From positions 1 to 54,743 of the IMG/VR virus record IMGVR_UViG_3300022562_001216: DNA of 54,743 nucleotides; one strand, 5' to 3'. Position numbers and translations under genes: made by a program. Source of the DNA: a virus (taxonomy: Duplodnaviria > Caudoviricetes). Under the pieces are notes generated by a model, which saw only the letters and a program-made list of their open reading frames with translations, did no database searches and was not told the DNA's origin. Shown piece by piece: positions 28,952 through 38,428 of the stretch (positions are counted from its first letter, which is position 1; each line of letters begins with the position of its first letter).

Positions 28952-29110
28952 TTAATTCCTTAGTTGAACGACGTTTGCAGTTTCCTCATTTTGACGTGTT
29001 GAACGACGCTGTTCACGGCTTGCGGTCCAGATTGTGATCTGGAAGATGACAAGATGCAAAACAGTGTGGACACCTGCATACGTCAGAACATAGTCGATGA
29101 TGGAGTACAT
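28952..29110 (-). CDS. Small (52 aa) putative membrane peptide
   Basis: GAGGAGGGG SD; one hydrophobic segment; terminator-like hairpin at 28895-28929. Confidence 0.45.
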   Translation of the reverse strand: MYSIIDYVLTYAGVHTVLHLVIFQITIWTASREQRRSTRQNEETANVVQLRN

Positions 29111-29223
29111 ACTACCCCTCCTCAGTTCTGGGCTGTCAGGTTTGCTTTTTTTTGTGTTAGGGGTTGAGTCCCCTATGTAAAGTAGATCACAAAATAACCA
29201 ATCATGATATGAAAAATTGCCAT

Positions 29224-29400
29224 TATCACATAACTTTACAAATGTATGTGACTTGTTACGCATTCGGCGCAATCTATTGATTTCAAAACTTGCGGCTTAG
29301 CATTTAATTGTACTTTGTTTTTAAAACGGGTTTTGATATCGTTTTCCCTTCACTAACGTCCTTAGTCGCTGCCATTGCAAAAACACCCGTTTTTGAGACA
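29224..29400. promoter_or_regulatory. res-like site (three IR subsites) for the serine resolvase
   Basis: TCACATA..TATGTGA; ATTTCAAAAC..GTTTTGATAT; CAAAAAC-ACCC-GTTTTTG(AGACA), upstream of the resolvase operon. Confidence 0.55.
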
Positions 29401-29443
29401 GATAGATAGCGTGTTTAGTCAGGGGCACAACTAAGGACTGTGT

Positions 29444-29926
29444 ATGGCAATCACGCTTTACAAAGCACGGGGGCGATTCGTTGGCTATCGCGTTGTACGC
29501 AAAGCACACAACAAAATGCACCAGCTCTATTTCACTCTGTCCACCTACGGCACCAAGGCACAGGCACACAAGGCGGCCAAGCAAGCGGATAAGTTGTTGG
29601 CCAAGGCCTACCCGTACAAAAAACTGGTGCGGGACAACGGGCGCTTGTTCGGTTTGAGTCTGTACGAGCGCTGGCACGATGACACCGGCTTTTTAGAGCA
29701 GGGCATGAGATTGACGATCACCCAAGACTACGATCTGAAGTTTAACAAAACGTGGACTTTTGGGGCTCATGACTGGGAAAGCGCCTATGCAGAAGCGGTG
29801 GAGCATATCATGCACTACCGCAAACTGAAGCCCTGCGCCAAATTAACCAAGCTATTTGCAGAGGCTAAGGCCTTTTATAATCCTGGCCGCAAGGCCAATT
29901 TTAGACAGAGACGGAGACGCACATGA
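29444..29926 (+). CDS. Protein with two AP2-like DNA-binding domains
   Basis: GYRVVR..QLYFTLSTYGTKAQAHKAAK and KTWTFGAHDWESAYAEAVE. Confidence 0.6.
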   Translation: MAITLYKARGRFVGYRVVRKAHNKMHQLYFTLSTYGTKAQAHKAAKQADKLLAKAYPYKKLVRDNGRLFGLSLYERWHDDTGFLEQGMRLTITQDYDLKFNKTWTFGAHDWESAYAEAVEHIMHYRKLKPCAKLTKLFAEAKAFYNPGRKANFRQRRRRT

Positions 29927-30531
29927 AGATTGGCTATGCACGGGTATCCACCGCAGATCAGAACCTGGATCTGCAATTGGATGCACTGACGGGCGCGGGG
30001 GTGCCTGCAAATTACATCTACAGCGACCACGCCAGCGGTGCCTCGACGGCAAGGCCGGGGCTGGAGCAGTGTTTGCGGGCTCTGCGCGAAGGCGATTGTT
30101 TGGTGGTGTGGAAGCTGGACCGGCTCGGTCGCAGTTTAAAAGACCTGGTGGGGCTGGTGGAAACCTTGCGCGAGCGGGGGGTGGGCTTTCAAGTGCTGAC
30201 CGGGGCGGGCATGATCGACACCACCACGCCTGCGGGCCGCATGATGTACGGCTTCTTTGCTGTGATGGCCGAGTATGAGCGGGAGCTGATCCGCGAGCGT
30301 ACCCTAGCGGGCCTCAAAGCGGCTCGTGCCCGTGGCAGAAAAGGCGGTAGGCCGAGAGCACTCACTAAGCACCAGGTGTCTTACCTGCGCCATGCCATGG
30401 GTGATCCGGCCACCGATGTGGCCATGCTGCTGAAAGAAATGAATCTGTCGCGGGCCAGCCTGTACCGCTACGTCAGCCCTTCCGGGGAGCTGCGGGAAAT
30501 GGGCAAGCGCGTAATGGGGGTGGACTCATGA
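29923..30531 (+). CDS. Serine recombinase (resolvase/invertase family)
   Basis: IGYARVST, LVVWKLDRLGRS, ERELIRERTLAGL, GRKGGRP, C-terminal HTH. Confidence 0.95.
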   Translation: MKIGYARVSTADQNLDLQLDALTGAGVPANYIYSDHASGASTARPGLEQCLRALREGDCLVVWKLDRLGRSLKDLVGLVETLRERGVGFQVLTGAGMIDTTTPAGRMMYGFFAVMAEYERELIRERTLAGLKAARARGRKGGRPRALTKHQVSYLRHAMGDPATDVAMLLKEMNLSRASLYRYVSPSGELREMGKRVMGVDS

Positions 30532-31088
30532 TCTTGTACAGTGATCCGGTGATCATTCGCGGTGATCGAAGCGCCAACTATCAAGAAAAGTGCGAAGAAA
30601 TCATTGATTTCTATAACATGGCGGGCAATTACCCGGAAGAACTCAACTTACGCAAGCCTGAGAGCACCTGTATTATTGCCGTGCCGGGGGTGCCGGGCGG
30701 GATGCTGTTGGACCATCACAGCCAAGAGGGCTTCTGGCGCATCATGTTTGCGGCGTTCCCCACTGAATATCAGGGTCGCGGGTTGTTGCGGCGTTCGCTG
30801 CAAATGGCGGAAGACAACGGCATTAACATTGCTGTGGTGGAGCGTGCCATGCTGGGCACACGCAACACGGACCCGATCTGGAAGCATTTCGGTTTCGTCC
30901 ATGAAACCATGGTGGGGTTGTGTCCCTGTTTAGCCAAGGATGAGGTCATGCGCTACTCTAAACACACAGAAGGTCTCGATTTAGATTATGTGCTGGAAGC
31001 GCTGCGTGCGGATGGCCGTCATGAGGCTGCGGAGGCATTGGAAGACAATTTTAAAAGGGCCATCGACGATGCAGAGCGAGATCAGTGA
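30528..31088 (+). CDS. GNAT-like acetyltransferase
   Basis: PTEYQGRGLLRRSLQ (motif A), IWKHFGF. Confidence 0.6.
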   Translation: MILYSDPVIIRGDRSANYQEKCEEIIDFYNMAGNYPEELNLRKPESTCIIAVPGVPGGMLLDHHSQEGFWRIMFAAFPTEYQGRGLLRRSLQMAEDNGINIAVVERAMLGTRNTDPIWKHFGFVHETMVGLCPCLAKDEVMRYSKHTEGLDLDYVLEALRADGRHEAAEALEDNFKRAIDDAERDQ

Positions 31089-31380
31089 AGAAATCCCCCA
31101 GGTATTCAGTAGCGTGCATCAGCGGGCGCTGTGTTTCATTGCCGAAGGTGCGGGCAAGATCACCCGCAAACGCTTCATCGACTCAACGTTTGATGAGGTA
31201 CTGCTGGACGATTTGCGGGTAATGGGGTTGATTGTGATGGTGGAGGACAAGCCGCTCATCACTGACGCCGGGCTGGAGTTCAATTTGTCCGACAGCCAAC
31301 GCTCCAAAGCCATTTGGGCCAGAACGAAGGCCATGTTGGCGGAGGCTCGCCACATTCCATTTGTGCCTGACACACATTAG
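31069..31380 (+). CDS. Hypothetical wHTH-like protein
   Basis: LDDLRVMGLI...ITDAGLE. Confidence 0.55.
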   Translation: MQSEISEEIPQVFSSVHQRALCFIAEGAGKITRKRFIDSTFDEVLLDDLRVMGLIVMVEDKPLITDAGLEFNLSDSQRSKAIWARTKAMLAEARHIPFVPDTH

Positions 31381-31436
31381 GCTATAGTTAGCAAGCCATT
31401 TAGAGCCAATCTATGGTGTTTCAGCTAGGTCTCTCT

Positions 31437-31458
31437 AAGCCCCTTCGGGGGCTTTTTT
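31437..31458 (+). terminator. Intrinsic terminator (UUCG loop)
   Basis: AAGCCCC-TTCG-GGGGC-TTTTTT between convergent genes. Confidence 0.85.
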
Positions 31459-32095
31459 AATGCAATGCGTCTTTGTATCCCCTTTTCATCTTGTCGTGAT
31501 CTTTGCTGTACAGCTTTTTAACCCGGCTCAGGTACTGAAAAGCGTCACGGGCATGAAACTTTTGCTTTTCCGTCAGCCGTTCGCCGCACAAAAACCCGGC
31601 CACCGACAGATAAGCGGTGTTTTCCGGCGTGGGGGTGTCGGTCAGCTCCGCCAGTTTGCCCTCGTCGTTGCGGTGCATGGCGGCAGAGAGTACGCGCATC
31701 CCTTTGTTTTTAATCCAGCACAAACACATCAGATGCTCTTGGCGTGCGGGATCTTGCGACGGTATGGGCCGGTTATCCATGATTTCTTTCGCATCCTGCT
31801 CGGTGCGGGCATAGCGGGTGCTCATGAACATTTCACATATGAAATAGACCACATGGGCTTCTTTCATGTACGCAAACTGGCGTACCGCTATCAACGATTT
31901 GAGCTTAGATTCGTCGTCTTCAAAGTCGGCCACAATCACATGATGAGCCGAGCGCGTCACGACAATAAACAGCGGCGAGTGATAGCCGTCTTCCAAGCAG
32001 CGGCCCTTGGCGTAATCGAAAAACAGCCGGTGCTCCTCTTCATAAGGTTGGTAATCGGTGTGGCTCAGGGTCGTGAAATCGTAATCGTCTAACAT
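31457..32095 (-). CDS. Hypothetical protein
   Basis: AAGGA SD; 212 aa; RPIPSQDPARQEHL motif. Confidence 0.7.
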   Translation of the reverse strand: MLDDYDFTTLSHTDYQPYEEEHRLFFDYAKGRCLEDGYHSPLFIVVTRSAHHVIVADFEDDESKLKSLIAVRQFAYMKEAHVVYFICEMFMSTRYARTEQDAKEIMDNRPIPSQDPARQEHLMCLCWIKNKGMRVLSAAMHRNDEGKLAELTDTPTPENTAYLSVAGFLCGERLTEKQKFHARDAFQYLSRVKKLYSKDHDKMKRGYKDALH

Positions 32096-32106
32096 GGTCG
32101 TCCTTT

Positions 32107-32167
32107 TAAGGGGGTGGGGGGGGTGCCGGTTTTACACTTGTAAGATTTTTTAAACTGGTTCTAGGCT
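32107..32167 (+). promoter_or_regulatory. Candidate late promoter 2
   Basis: Second copy of the motif at 20082; -10-like TAGGCT at 32162; precedes scaffold/capsid. Confidence 0.6.
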
Positions 32168-32255
32168 TAGTTCTGCTGATCATACATGGCCCCGCAAGGG
32201 ATACCAAAAAAACACACCGCGGATACCCCGTAAGGCCCGCAAATAAGGTGGACAC

Positions 32256-33197
32256 ATGACAAACAGCACTACAGCGTTAGACGAAGCAGCCGAATTTGAC
32301 GCGGGTTGGGGCGACGGTCCCGACCACGATGATTTGTCTGCGGATGACAACGCGACCCACGCTGACGATGTAGACGAGACTCCAACCCCAGTCGCGAAAC
32401 GGGACGCCGCGCCGCAGCCGGACAGTGGAGCCAACGATAGATCGTTAGAGCAAGCCGATTTACAGCAACAATTGGAACAAGAACGCCAGCGCTACCGATC
32501 CGCTGAGGGTCGCTATGAAAAGTTTACTGACGACATCAACTCGATGCGCGAGACAATTCAGCGACTTGAGCAGCAACTGAGCCAGCCCAAGGATAGCCCG
32601 CCAGACGATGACGCGGCCCCTGGTGATGACGCAGAGGACGGTTCCGCCTACCGCAACCCTCAATTTGCAGAAGAGTTTGATGCTGAACTCGATGCGGAGA
32701 TGGCCCGACGCAGCCAACGTGCCAGGGATGATGCGATCAAACAGACTCAGGAAGCCATGAAACCGTTTCTTGAATCGTTTGAAAAAGCAGAAGCCGACCG
32801 TTTGCAGGCAGAGGAAGAAGCCAGAAAAGAGGCGTTCAAGGCGGAGGTGCGGGCTGAGTTTCCAGAGTTTGATGTATTAATGGCGAACGACAGCGTGGTG
32901 GATGAGCTGAGCACATACATTGACAGCCTGGAAAGCCCAGCGCTGCAACGTGCGTACTCGCTCGCGCTTGACTCAGGCACGCCAAAAGAGATTGCTGAAA
33001 TGCTCAATGCTTTCAAAACCGATACCAATTGGCAGGCACCGCAAGGTGAGTCAAGCGTACCTCGTCAGGAGTCGCGGCAACGCGATGACCGGGCACGTCG
33101 CGCTGCTGCCGCTGCTGCTGTTCCAAGCAGACGTTCTGCTCTACCTTCAGATTCTGCTGATAAAAGCGATTTTGACGCAGGTTGGGATCTCGACTGA
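32256..33197 (+). CDS. Capsid scaffolding protein
   Basis: Acidic coiled coil, (E/D)FDAGW at both ends, RSAEGRY; directly before the major capsid gene. Confidence 0.8.
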   Translation: MTNSTTALDEAAEFDAGWGDGPDHDDLSADDNATHADDVDETPTPVAKRDAAPQPDSGANDRSLEQADLQQQLEQERQRYRSAEGRYEKFTDDINSMRETIQRLEQQLSQPKDSPPDDDAAPGDDAEDGSAYRNPQFAEEFDAELDAEMARRSQRARDDAIKQTQEAMKPFLESFEKAEADRLQAEEEARKEAFKAEVRAEFPEFDVLMANDSVVDELSTYIDSLESPALQRAYSLALDSGTPKEIAEMLNAFKTDTNWQAPQGESSVPRQESRQRDDRARRAAAAAAVPSRRSALPSDSADKSDFDAGWDLD

Positions 33198-33243
33198 CCC
33201 GGTTGTCGTTGTTGCCGCACGTTTAACTAATTAAAGGTGCGAA

Positions 33244-34230
33244 ATGATAACAGCTTATGGAGACATTAGCCCCCGTACTGCGGGATGGGCTGTGAAACAA
33301 TTATTGAAGCGTGGTATGCCGTATTTGGTGCTTGAGAAATTCGGCCAGGCTTACCCATTACCCCAAAACTCGACCAAGCAAGCGATTTTTCGGCGCTATG
33401 AGCGCTTCCCGAAAACCCCTAACCCATTGACTGAAGGCGTAACACCGTCTGCCCGTCAACTGACCACCACCGATTACCCCGTCACACTGGGACAATATGG
33501 GGATCGCGTGCAGATCAGTGATGTGATCATGGACACTCACGAAGATCCGGTGTTATCACAAGCATTGGATGTGTTGGGCGAGCAAGCCGCTCAAATGATC
33601 GAGATGGTGCGGTTTAATGTGTTGAAAGGTGGCACCAACGTCATGTACGCCGGCTCCGTCGCGGGTCGAGCCAATGTGGTCGCCGCGATCACCAAAACTG
33701 AGCTGCGCCGGGCGGTGAAACTGCTCAAGCGCCAAGACACCCGCAAAATCACCCGCATCATACGATCTACAACGGACTACGGCACTGAGCAAGTCAATGC
33801 CGCCTTTGTTGCGCTTTGTCATACCGACTGTGAGCCCATTTTTCGAGAAATGGAAGGCTTCGTGCCGGTGGAAAAGTACGGCCAGATCAGCCCGTTTGAT
33901 GGGGAAATCGGCAAAGTGGAAGAAACCCGCATTGTCACCTCCACCATTTTTGAATCCTGGGCCGATGCCGGGGGTGCGGCGGGTGGCAACTTTGAATCCA
34001 CGGGTGGCACCAGTTGCGACGTATACCCGGTGTTGGTGTTGGGTCAGGACGCTTACGGCATTGTGCCATTAAAAGGCAAAACCTCGATTGTGCCGATGGT
34101 GGTGAACCCCAAGCCGTCAGACAGCGATCCATTGGCCCAACGGGGTCATGCGGGTTGGAAGGCGTACCAAGCGGCTGTGATTCTAAACCATGCTTGGATT
34201 TTGCGAATGGAGACAGCGGCGCCGCTGTAA
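33244..34230 (+). CDS. Major capsid protein, N4-gp56 family
   Basis: YGDISPRTA, FRRY, LTEGVTP, QYGD, GEIGKVE, SDSDPLAQRG..GWK. Confidence 0.93.
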   Translation: MITAYGDISPRTAGWAVKQLLKRGMPYLVLEKFGQAYPLPQNSTKQAIFRRYERFPKTPNPLTEGVTPSARQLTTTDYPVTLGQYGDRVQISDVIMDTHEDPVLSQALDVLGEQAAQMIEMVRFNVLKGGTNVMYAGSVAGRANVVAAITKTELRRAVKLLKRQDTRKITRIIRSTTDYGTEQVNAAFVALCHTDCEPIFREMEGFVPVEKYGQISPFDGEIGKVEETRIVTSTIFESWADAGGAAGGNFESTGGTSCDVYPVLVLGQDAYGIVPLKGKTSIVPMVVNPKPSDSDPLAQRGHAGWKAYQAAVILNHAWILRMETAAPL

Positions 34231-34305
34231 TTAACCGGCTCCCCTCTCTCCACATTGCCTTGCCCTTTTTTGAGGGGGGAGTCCTTTTTATTAAAGGACT
34301 GAACA

Positions 34306-34719
34306 ATGAGCAAACACACAAAAGCATCACTGGGTAAGAAGTCTTTAACCGAGCTGCAGGAGTTGATTCTGGCGTCGGGTACTGCGCCGCAAGATCACTG
34401 GACCAAGGATCAGATGATTGATCTGTTGATGGAGCAGCAAGCCGACGCTGAGCACGTCGCAAAAGGTCAGAAAGAAGAAGAATGCGTGGAAGTGGTTTTC
34501 CCGGCGGCAGAAGGCAAACAGGGCAATGCGCCCATCTTCTTTGCGTGCAACGGTCGCCAGTTTTTAGCCAAGCGCAATATGCCGATCAAGGTGCCCAAAT
34601 CCGTGCTGTCATCGATCACCGATGCGGTGCAAACCGTGTTCGAGCGTGACCCGGAAACCGATGAGCTGGTATCCCGCGACGTGCCCACCTACAACTACAC
34701 CGTGCGGGAACTTAAATGA
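34306..34719 (+). CDS. Virion-associated protein with N-terminal Rho-N/HeH-like helices
   Basis: LTELQEL..TKDQMIDLL; PIFFACNGRQFLAKRNMPIKVP. Confidence 0.65.
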   Translation: MSKHTKASLGKKSLTELQELILASGTAPQDHWTKDQMIDLLMEQQADAEHVAKGQKEEECVEVVFPAAEGKQGNAPIFFACNGRQFLAKRNMPIKVPKSVLSSITDAVQTVFERDPETDELVSRDVPTYNYTVRELK

Positions 34720-35366
34720 TTTGTCAGGAGCTGGCCGACCGGGCCTCAGAGCACTTGGCCGATGTGGAGTGGGTGACGTTTAACGAGGGGCGCTTTATCA
34801 AAGCACTCAACGGCGCCTGCCGGGCCATTGCTACTTTGCGCACGGATGCGTCACAGAAAACAGAAACGGTCTCCCTGACCGGGGGTGTGCGTCACAGCAT
34901 CCCCGCTGGGGGCACGCAGTTTCTGGGGGCCAATCGCAACTTTCAAACCGGGGGAGAATTGCCGGGCCGCACCATTGCGCTGAAGATTGCCGATGATCGG
35001 GCCAAGCTGGACCCGTACTGGCAAACGGAGCCGCAAGAGTCCGAAGTGTTGGAAGTGATGCCGGACAAAACTGATCCGCTGTATTTCTGGACCTACCCAC
35101 CGATCAAGACCGGCACCCTGATTGAAATTGTCTACGCTGTGCTGCCGCAGGAGATTGCAACGCTGGATGACGACCTACCCATCCATGATCGCTTTGCCGA
35201 GCCCGTCTTGCAGTGGGTTTTGTATGAGCTGTACAACACCGATTCCAGCAGTCCACACCATTTTGAGCGGGCAGAAGCGGCGCGAGCCGTGGCCATGCAG
35301 TTGCTGGGTTTGAGCAGTCAACGAGCCGCACGAAGTCGCCCCAAAGTTAAAGAGGGGGAAACATGA
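34716..35366 (+). CDS. Head-tail adaptor (DUF6682-like)
   Basis: RASEHLAD..ALNGACRAIATLR, FWTYPP; position after the capsid. Confidence 0.75.
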   Translation: MICQELADRASEHLADVEWVTFNEGRFIKALNGACRAIATLRTDASQKTETVSLTGGVRHSIPAGGTQFLGANRNFQTGGELPGRTIALKIADDRAKLDPYWQTEPQESEVLEVMPDKTDPLYFWTYPPIKTGTLIEIVYAVLPQEIATLDDDLPIHDRFAEPVLQWVLYELYNTDSSSPHHFERAEAARAVAMQLLGLSSQRAARSRPKVKEGET

Positions 35367-36013
35367 GCACTTATGTGTCAGTTCGGGAGTTTTTGCCGAT
35401 CTTAGAAGCTACGATACCGCAGGCCGACGCCGCCATGCTGCAATTGAGCGTGGTGCTCACGGCCATTGATTTCTGCAAAAAAACCCACTTCCACCAGCAA
35501 AGCTTTCCCATTGATTTGCAAGCGGGGGTGGCCGATTACCGCATCAGCGTGCCGGGGGTGGTGCAACTTGCGGGCATACGCCAGGTGATCGACACATTGA
35601 CGGGTCTGCCGCTGGTCGCGAAAACCCCGGAAACCATGGACGCTGAGCTGCCCGGCTGGCGCAATCATCAAAGCACGGACCCGCTGTACTGGCACCAGAC
35701 GGAGCCTGCGCGGCTGCGGTTGATGCCCACGCCGAGTGAAGATAAGCCCGGCGCGGTGACGGTGCGGGCCGCACTGGCGCCCTCGCCCAAGGCCAAGCAG
35801 ATCTATTCACGCCTCTATGACGATTACTTCAACGAGCTGGTGGCGGGCACCGTATCGCGGTTGTGTTCAATGCCAAAACGGGACTGGTCGGATCGGGTGA
35901 CGGCGGCAGAGCAACAAGTGATTTACGAACGGGGGGTGCGTTACGCGAAAGCCGATGTGATCAAGGGCTTTAGTAACGAATCCCTCTTTGTTCAACCGCA
36001 AACGTTCGGGTGA
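35363..36013 (+). CDS. Adaptor / tail tubular protein A-like
   Basis: AIDFCKKT, LRLMPTP, AGTVSRLCSMPKRDWSD. Confidence 0.7.
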   Translation: MSTYVSVREFLPILEATIPQADAAMLQLSVVLTAIDFCKKTHFHQQSFPIDLQAGVADYRISVPGVVQLAGIRQVIDTLTGLPLVAKTPETMDAELPGWRNHQSTDPLYWHQTEPARLRLMPTPSEDKPGAVTVRAALAPSPKAKQIYSRLYDDYFNELVAGTVSRLCSMPKRDWSDRVTAAEQQVIYERGVRYAKADVIKGFSNESLFVQPQTFG

Positions 36014-36016
36014 CGC

Positions 36017-37090
36017 ATGGATATTTTATGTGGCAACTACGGCGACTACAACGCCAGTTATGTGCAAACGCAATTCGGCAATTCGGCGCAAGTGCGGGAT
36101 ATGTTTGGTCAGGCCACCGGCACCGCCACCCATCTGCGTGTTTACAATCTGGATGCCAACCAAGATGTGTATTTTGGTGTGTGGAATGAAGCCGGGGATA
36201 CCCTGTTGGCCACTGCGGAAGGGGTGGATATGGCGGTGGGTGTGGTGGAGTTGCCGCTATCAGCCAGTGTTGCCATCACGTCCGATACCAAATACCAATT
36301 TAAGTTTCGCGCCAATGGCTATTGGGATGTGGGCCAGATTGCGCCTGATGCCGTCAACCAGAGTTGGAAAGCCCAAGCGCGGGACTATTCAGAGGGTCAG
36401 TGGACCCAAGCGGCGATTGGCTCCACCAGTGGCAGCACCGGGGAAAAGAAAACCGTCATGTGTTTGGTGGGCACGCGCACAGGGCCAACGCTGGCCAACG
36501 TGAGCGTGGACACAGCCACTGAATCCGCTGTCACCGTGACCCTGGACACGGACGATGCCACCGGGGTGATCGATGCCATCATTGATACCACAGACAATTG
36601 CTCTGGTCTGGACGCCTGGAACGTCACGGCGGGGAACAATGTGCTGGGTGCAGCGGCCACCGCGTCTATTTTGGATCAGGCCGTGTCGAGCACGGCCATT
36701 ACTCTGAATTTCAGCGGATTATCACTCACCAACGGCAACACCTACCGACTGCGGTTGGTGCAAACGTCGGCCAGCGCCGGCTATTCCGATATCCCGACAG
36801 TGGATTTTGTGGTGTCCAGTGCGGTTCCGAACCCAATCATTCAAACAGAATTGATCGTGATTGAAGACGGCGAAACACCCATTGCTGATACCACTAGTGC
36901 GGAATACCAGCTCAAAGACACGTTTGATGGCACGGTTCTTATGAGTGGCAGTGACGGGGTAATCAGTGGCGGGGTAATGACCATCGATGATGATCTGGTG
37001 GGCGCCATCGGCCAAGACCGTATTTTGTTTGTACGCACCAATGGTTACTCATTTGTGGCCGAAGTCACCGTCACAGACGGCAACGCATAG
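36017..37090 (+). CDS. Virion surface/fibre protein (DUF4082-like N-terminus)
   Basis: Beta-rich, T/S/G-rich; paralogous to 38429-39166. Confidence 0.65.
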   Translation: MDILCGNYGDYNASYVQTQFGNSAQVRDMFGQATGTATHLRVYNLDANQDVYFGVWNEAGDTLLATAEGVDMAVGVVELPLSASVAITSDTKYQFKFRANGYWDVGQIAPDAVNQSWKAQARDYSEGQWTQAAIGSTSGSTGEKKTVMCLVGTRTGPTLANVSVDTATESAVTVTLDTDDATGVIDAIIDTTDNCSGLDAWNVTAGNNVLGAAATASILDQAVSSTAITLNFSGLSLTNGNTYRLRLVQTSASAGYSDIPTVDFVVSSAVPNPIIQTELIVIEDGETPIADTTSAEYQLKDTFDGTVLMSGSDGVISGGVMTIDDDLVGAIGQDRILFVRTNGYSFVAEVTVTDGNA

Positions 37091-37099
37091 GAGAACAGC

Positions 37100-38425
37100 A
37101 TGGCGGTAAAAACACCGAGCGGATTCAATGCCGCAGGCCGATTCTGGCAGGGTCGGGATGGCTCCGGGCGCCGCATCTTCTGCCCTGGCGCGGTGCCGGA
37201 AGGCGCTGAGCCTGGCGATACCGATGTGGGCACGCCGGGCATTCCCACTGATCCGGGTAATTTCGGCATTCAAAGCGTGCTGTTTCCCGAAGGTTTTGCG
37301 GAAGGCAAGCCGTTTGTGATCACGGGGGACGTGTTTGGGGCCAATGGACCTACTCTAATTGCCGCATTTCAACCCACCGCACCCGCGTTTTCGGTCGGTG
37401 ATGTGCTGAATAACAGCACGGTGATCAATGGCACCCATTGGCGCAACGGCACCACGAAAACATTGGTGGCGGATGTGGCGCCGTTTGATGGACGCCTGGC
37501 GTTTGTGCAATCCGGTGACAATGTGGATTTTTACATGGATGCCGATGACAGTGTGCGGGCGGCGCTGGGCATTGGCAATGATGCCCGTTGGCATGGGGCC
37601 GTGCCGTTCCGGGAATACAAGGTTTTTAATGTGATCCGCGACCCCGATTATTTCCCCAATTACGACTGGAACCAGCTCGTCGTCCCCCAGCCGGGCAGTG
37701 ATGCCAATGGCTACAGCTACAGCCCGTCTTCGACCAAAGACACTTGGTGCATGTACGGCAATCGCGGCGACAATCAGGGCACCGAAGGTGAGGGCCACGA
37801 TATGATTGCCTGTGCCCATTCTGGGGGGCTGGCGTACCGCTTGGGCGGCAACAACAGCCCGTACAACAGTCTGCCGAAGCTCGACGGTAAAGCGTCGTCT
37901 CTGGAATCCCACTGGGGTTTTGCTGAGCACAATCACATTTCGTTTGCCGTGCGTCTGCCCGGTTACGACAGCCTGAATCAATACAACTCGGCGTGTTATG
38001 GGGGTGCCCTGATCGCGGAAGTGGTACACAGCTCCGCGTCTATCGGCACCACCGTAGTCGATTTGGCCGGCAACAGTTTCATGAAAGAAGTGATCCACAC
38101 CGGGGGCACGACCAAAGTGCCGGATTGGTGGGACCGCATGAAATATATGGCCTGGCTACGCAGTGAGCGGGACCGGCGTTACAGCTATCTGTACTGTGCC
38201 GTGGGCCACCCGGTATTGGGCACCAAAGCCATGTGTTCGGTGGAAATCACCAATGGGGCATTTGGCAGTGCAAACAAACGCATGTTGTGTCCGATTACGT
38301 CTTGGAGCAATACCCGCATTGAGGGCATTTTGTGGTTGGGCGGTTTGAAAGAAGGGCAGGAACCGATTTATATGTGCGTGGCCAACGAAAATAACATCCG
38401 TTGCTCCAATTTTCAGGTGAGGTGA
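37100..38425 (+). CDS. Putative tailspike/receptor-binding protein
   Basis: GGAG SD; G/N/W-rich beta protein within the tail cluster. Confidence 0.55.
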   Translation: MAVKTPSGFNAAGRFWQGRDGSGRRIFCPGAVPEGAEPGDTDVGTPGIPTDPGNFGIQSVLFPEGFAEGKPFVITGDVFGANGPTLIAAFQPTAPAFSVGDVLNNSTVINGTHWRNGTTKTLVADVAPFDGRLAFVQSGDNVDFYMDADDSVRAALGIGNDARWHGAVPFREYKVFNVIRDPDYFPNYDWNQLVVPQPGSDANGYSYSPSSTKDTWCMYGNRGDNQGTEGEGHDMIACAHSGGLAYRLGGNNSPYNSLPKLDGKASSLESHWGFAEHNHISFAVRLPGYDSLNQYNSACYGGALIAEVVHSSASIGTTVVDLAGNSFMKEVIHTGGTTKVPDWWDRMKYMAWLRSERDRRYSYLYCAVGHPVLGTKAMCSVEITNGAFGSANKRMLCPITSWSNTRIEGILWLGGLKEGQEPIYMCVANENNIRCSNFQVR

Positions 38426-38428
38426 TCC

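Noticed and set aside
29923-30531. Recombinase as a Cin/Gin-type tail-fibre invertase
   Set aside because: All tail genes are on one strand, and no inverted fibre cassette or flanking inverted crossover sites were seen; dimer resolution is more likely
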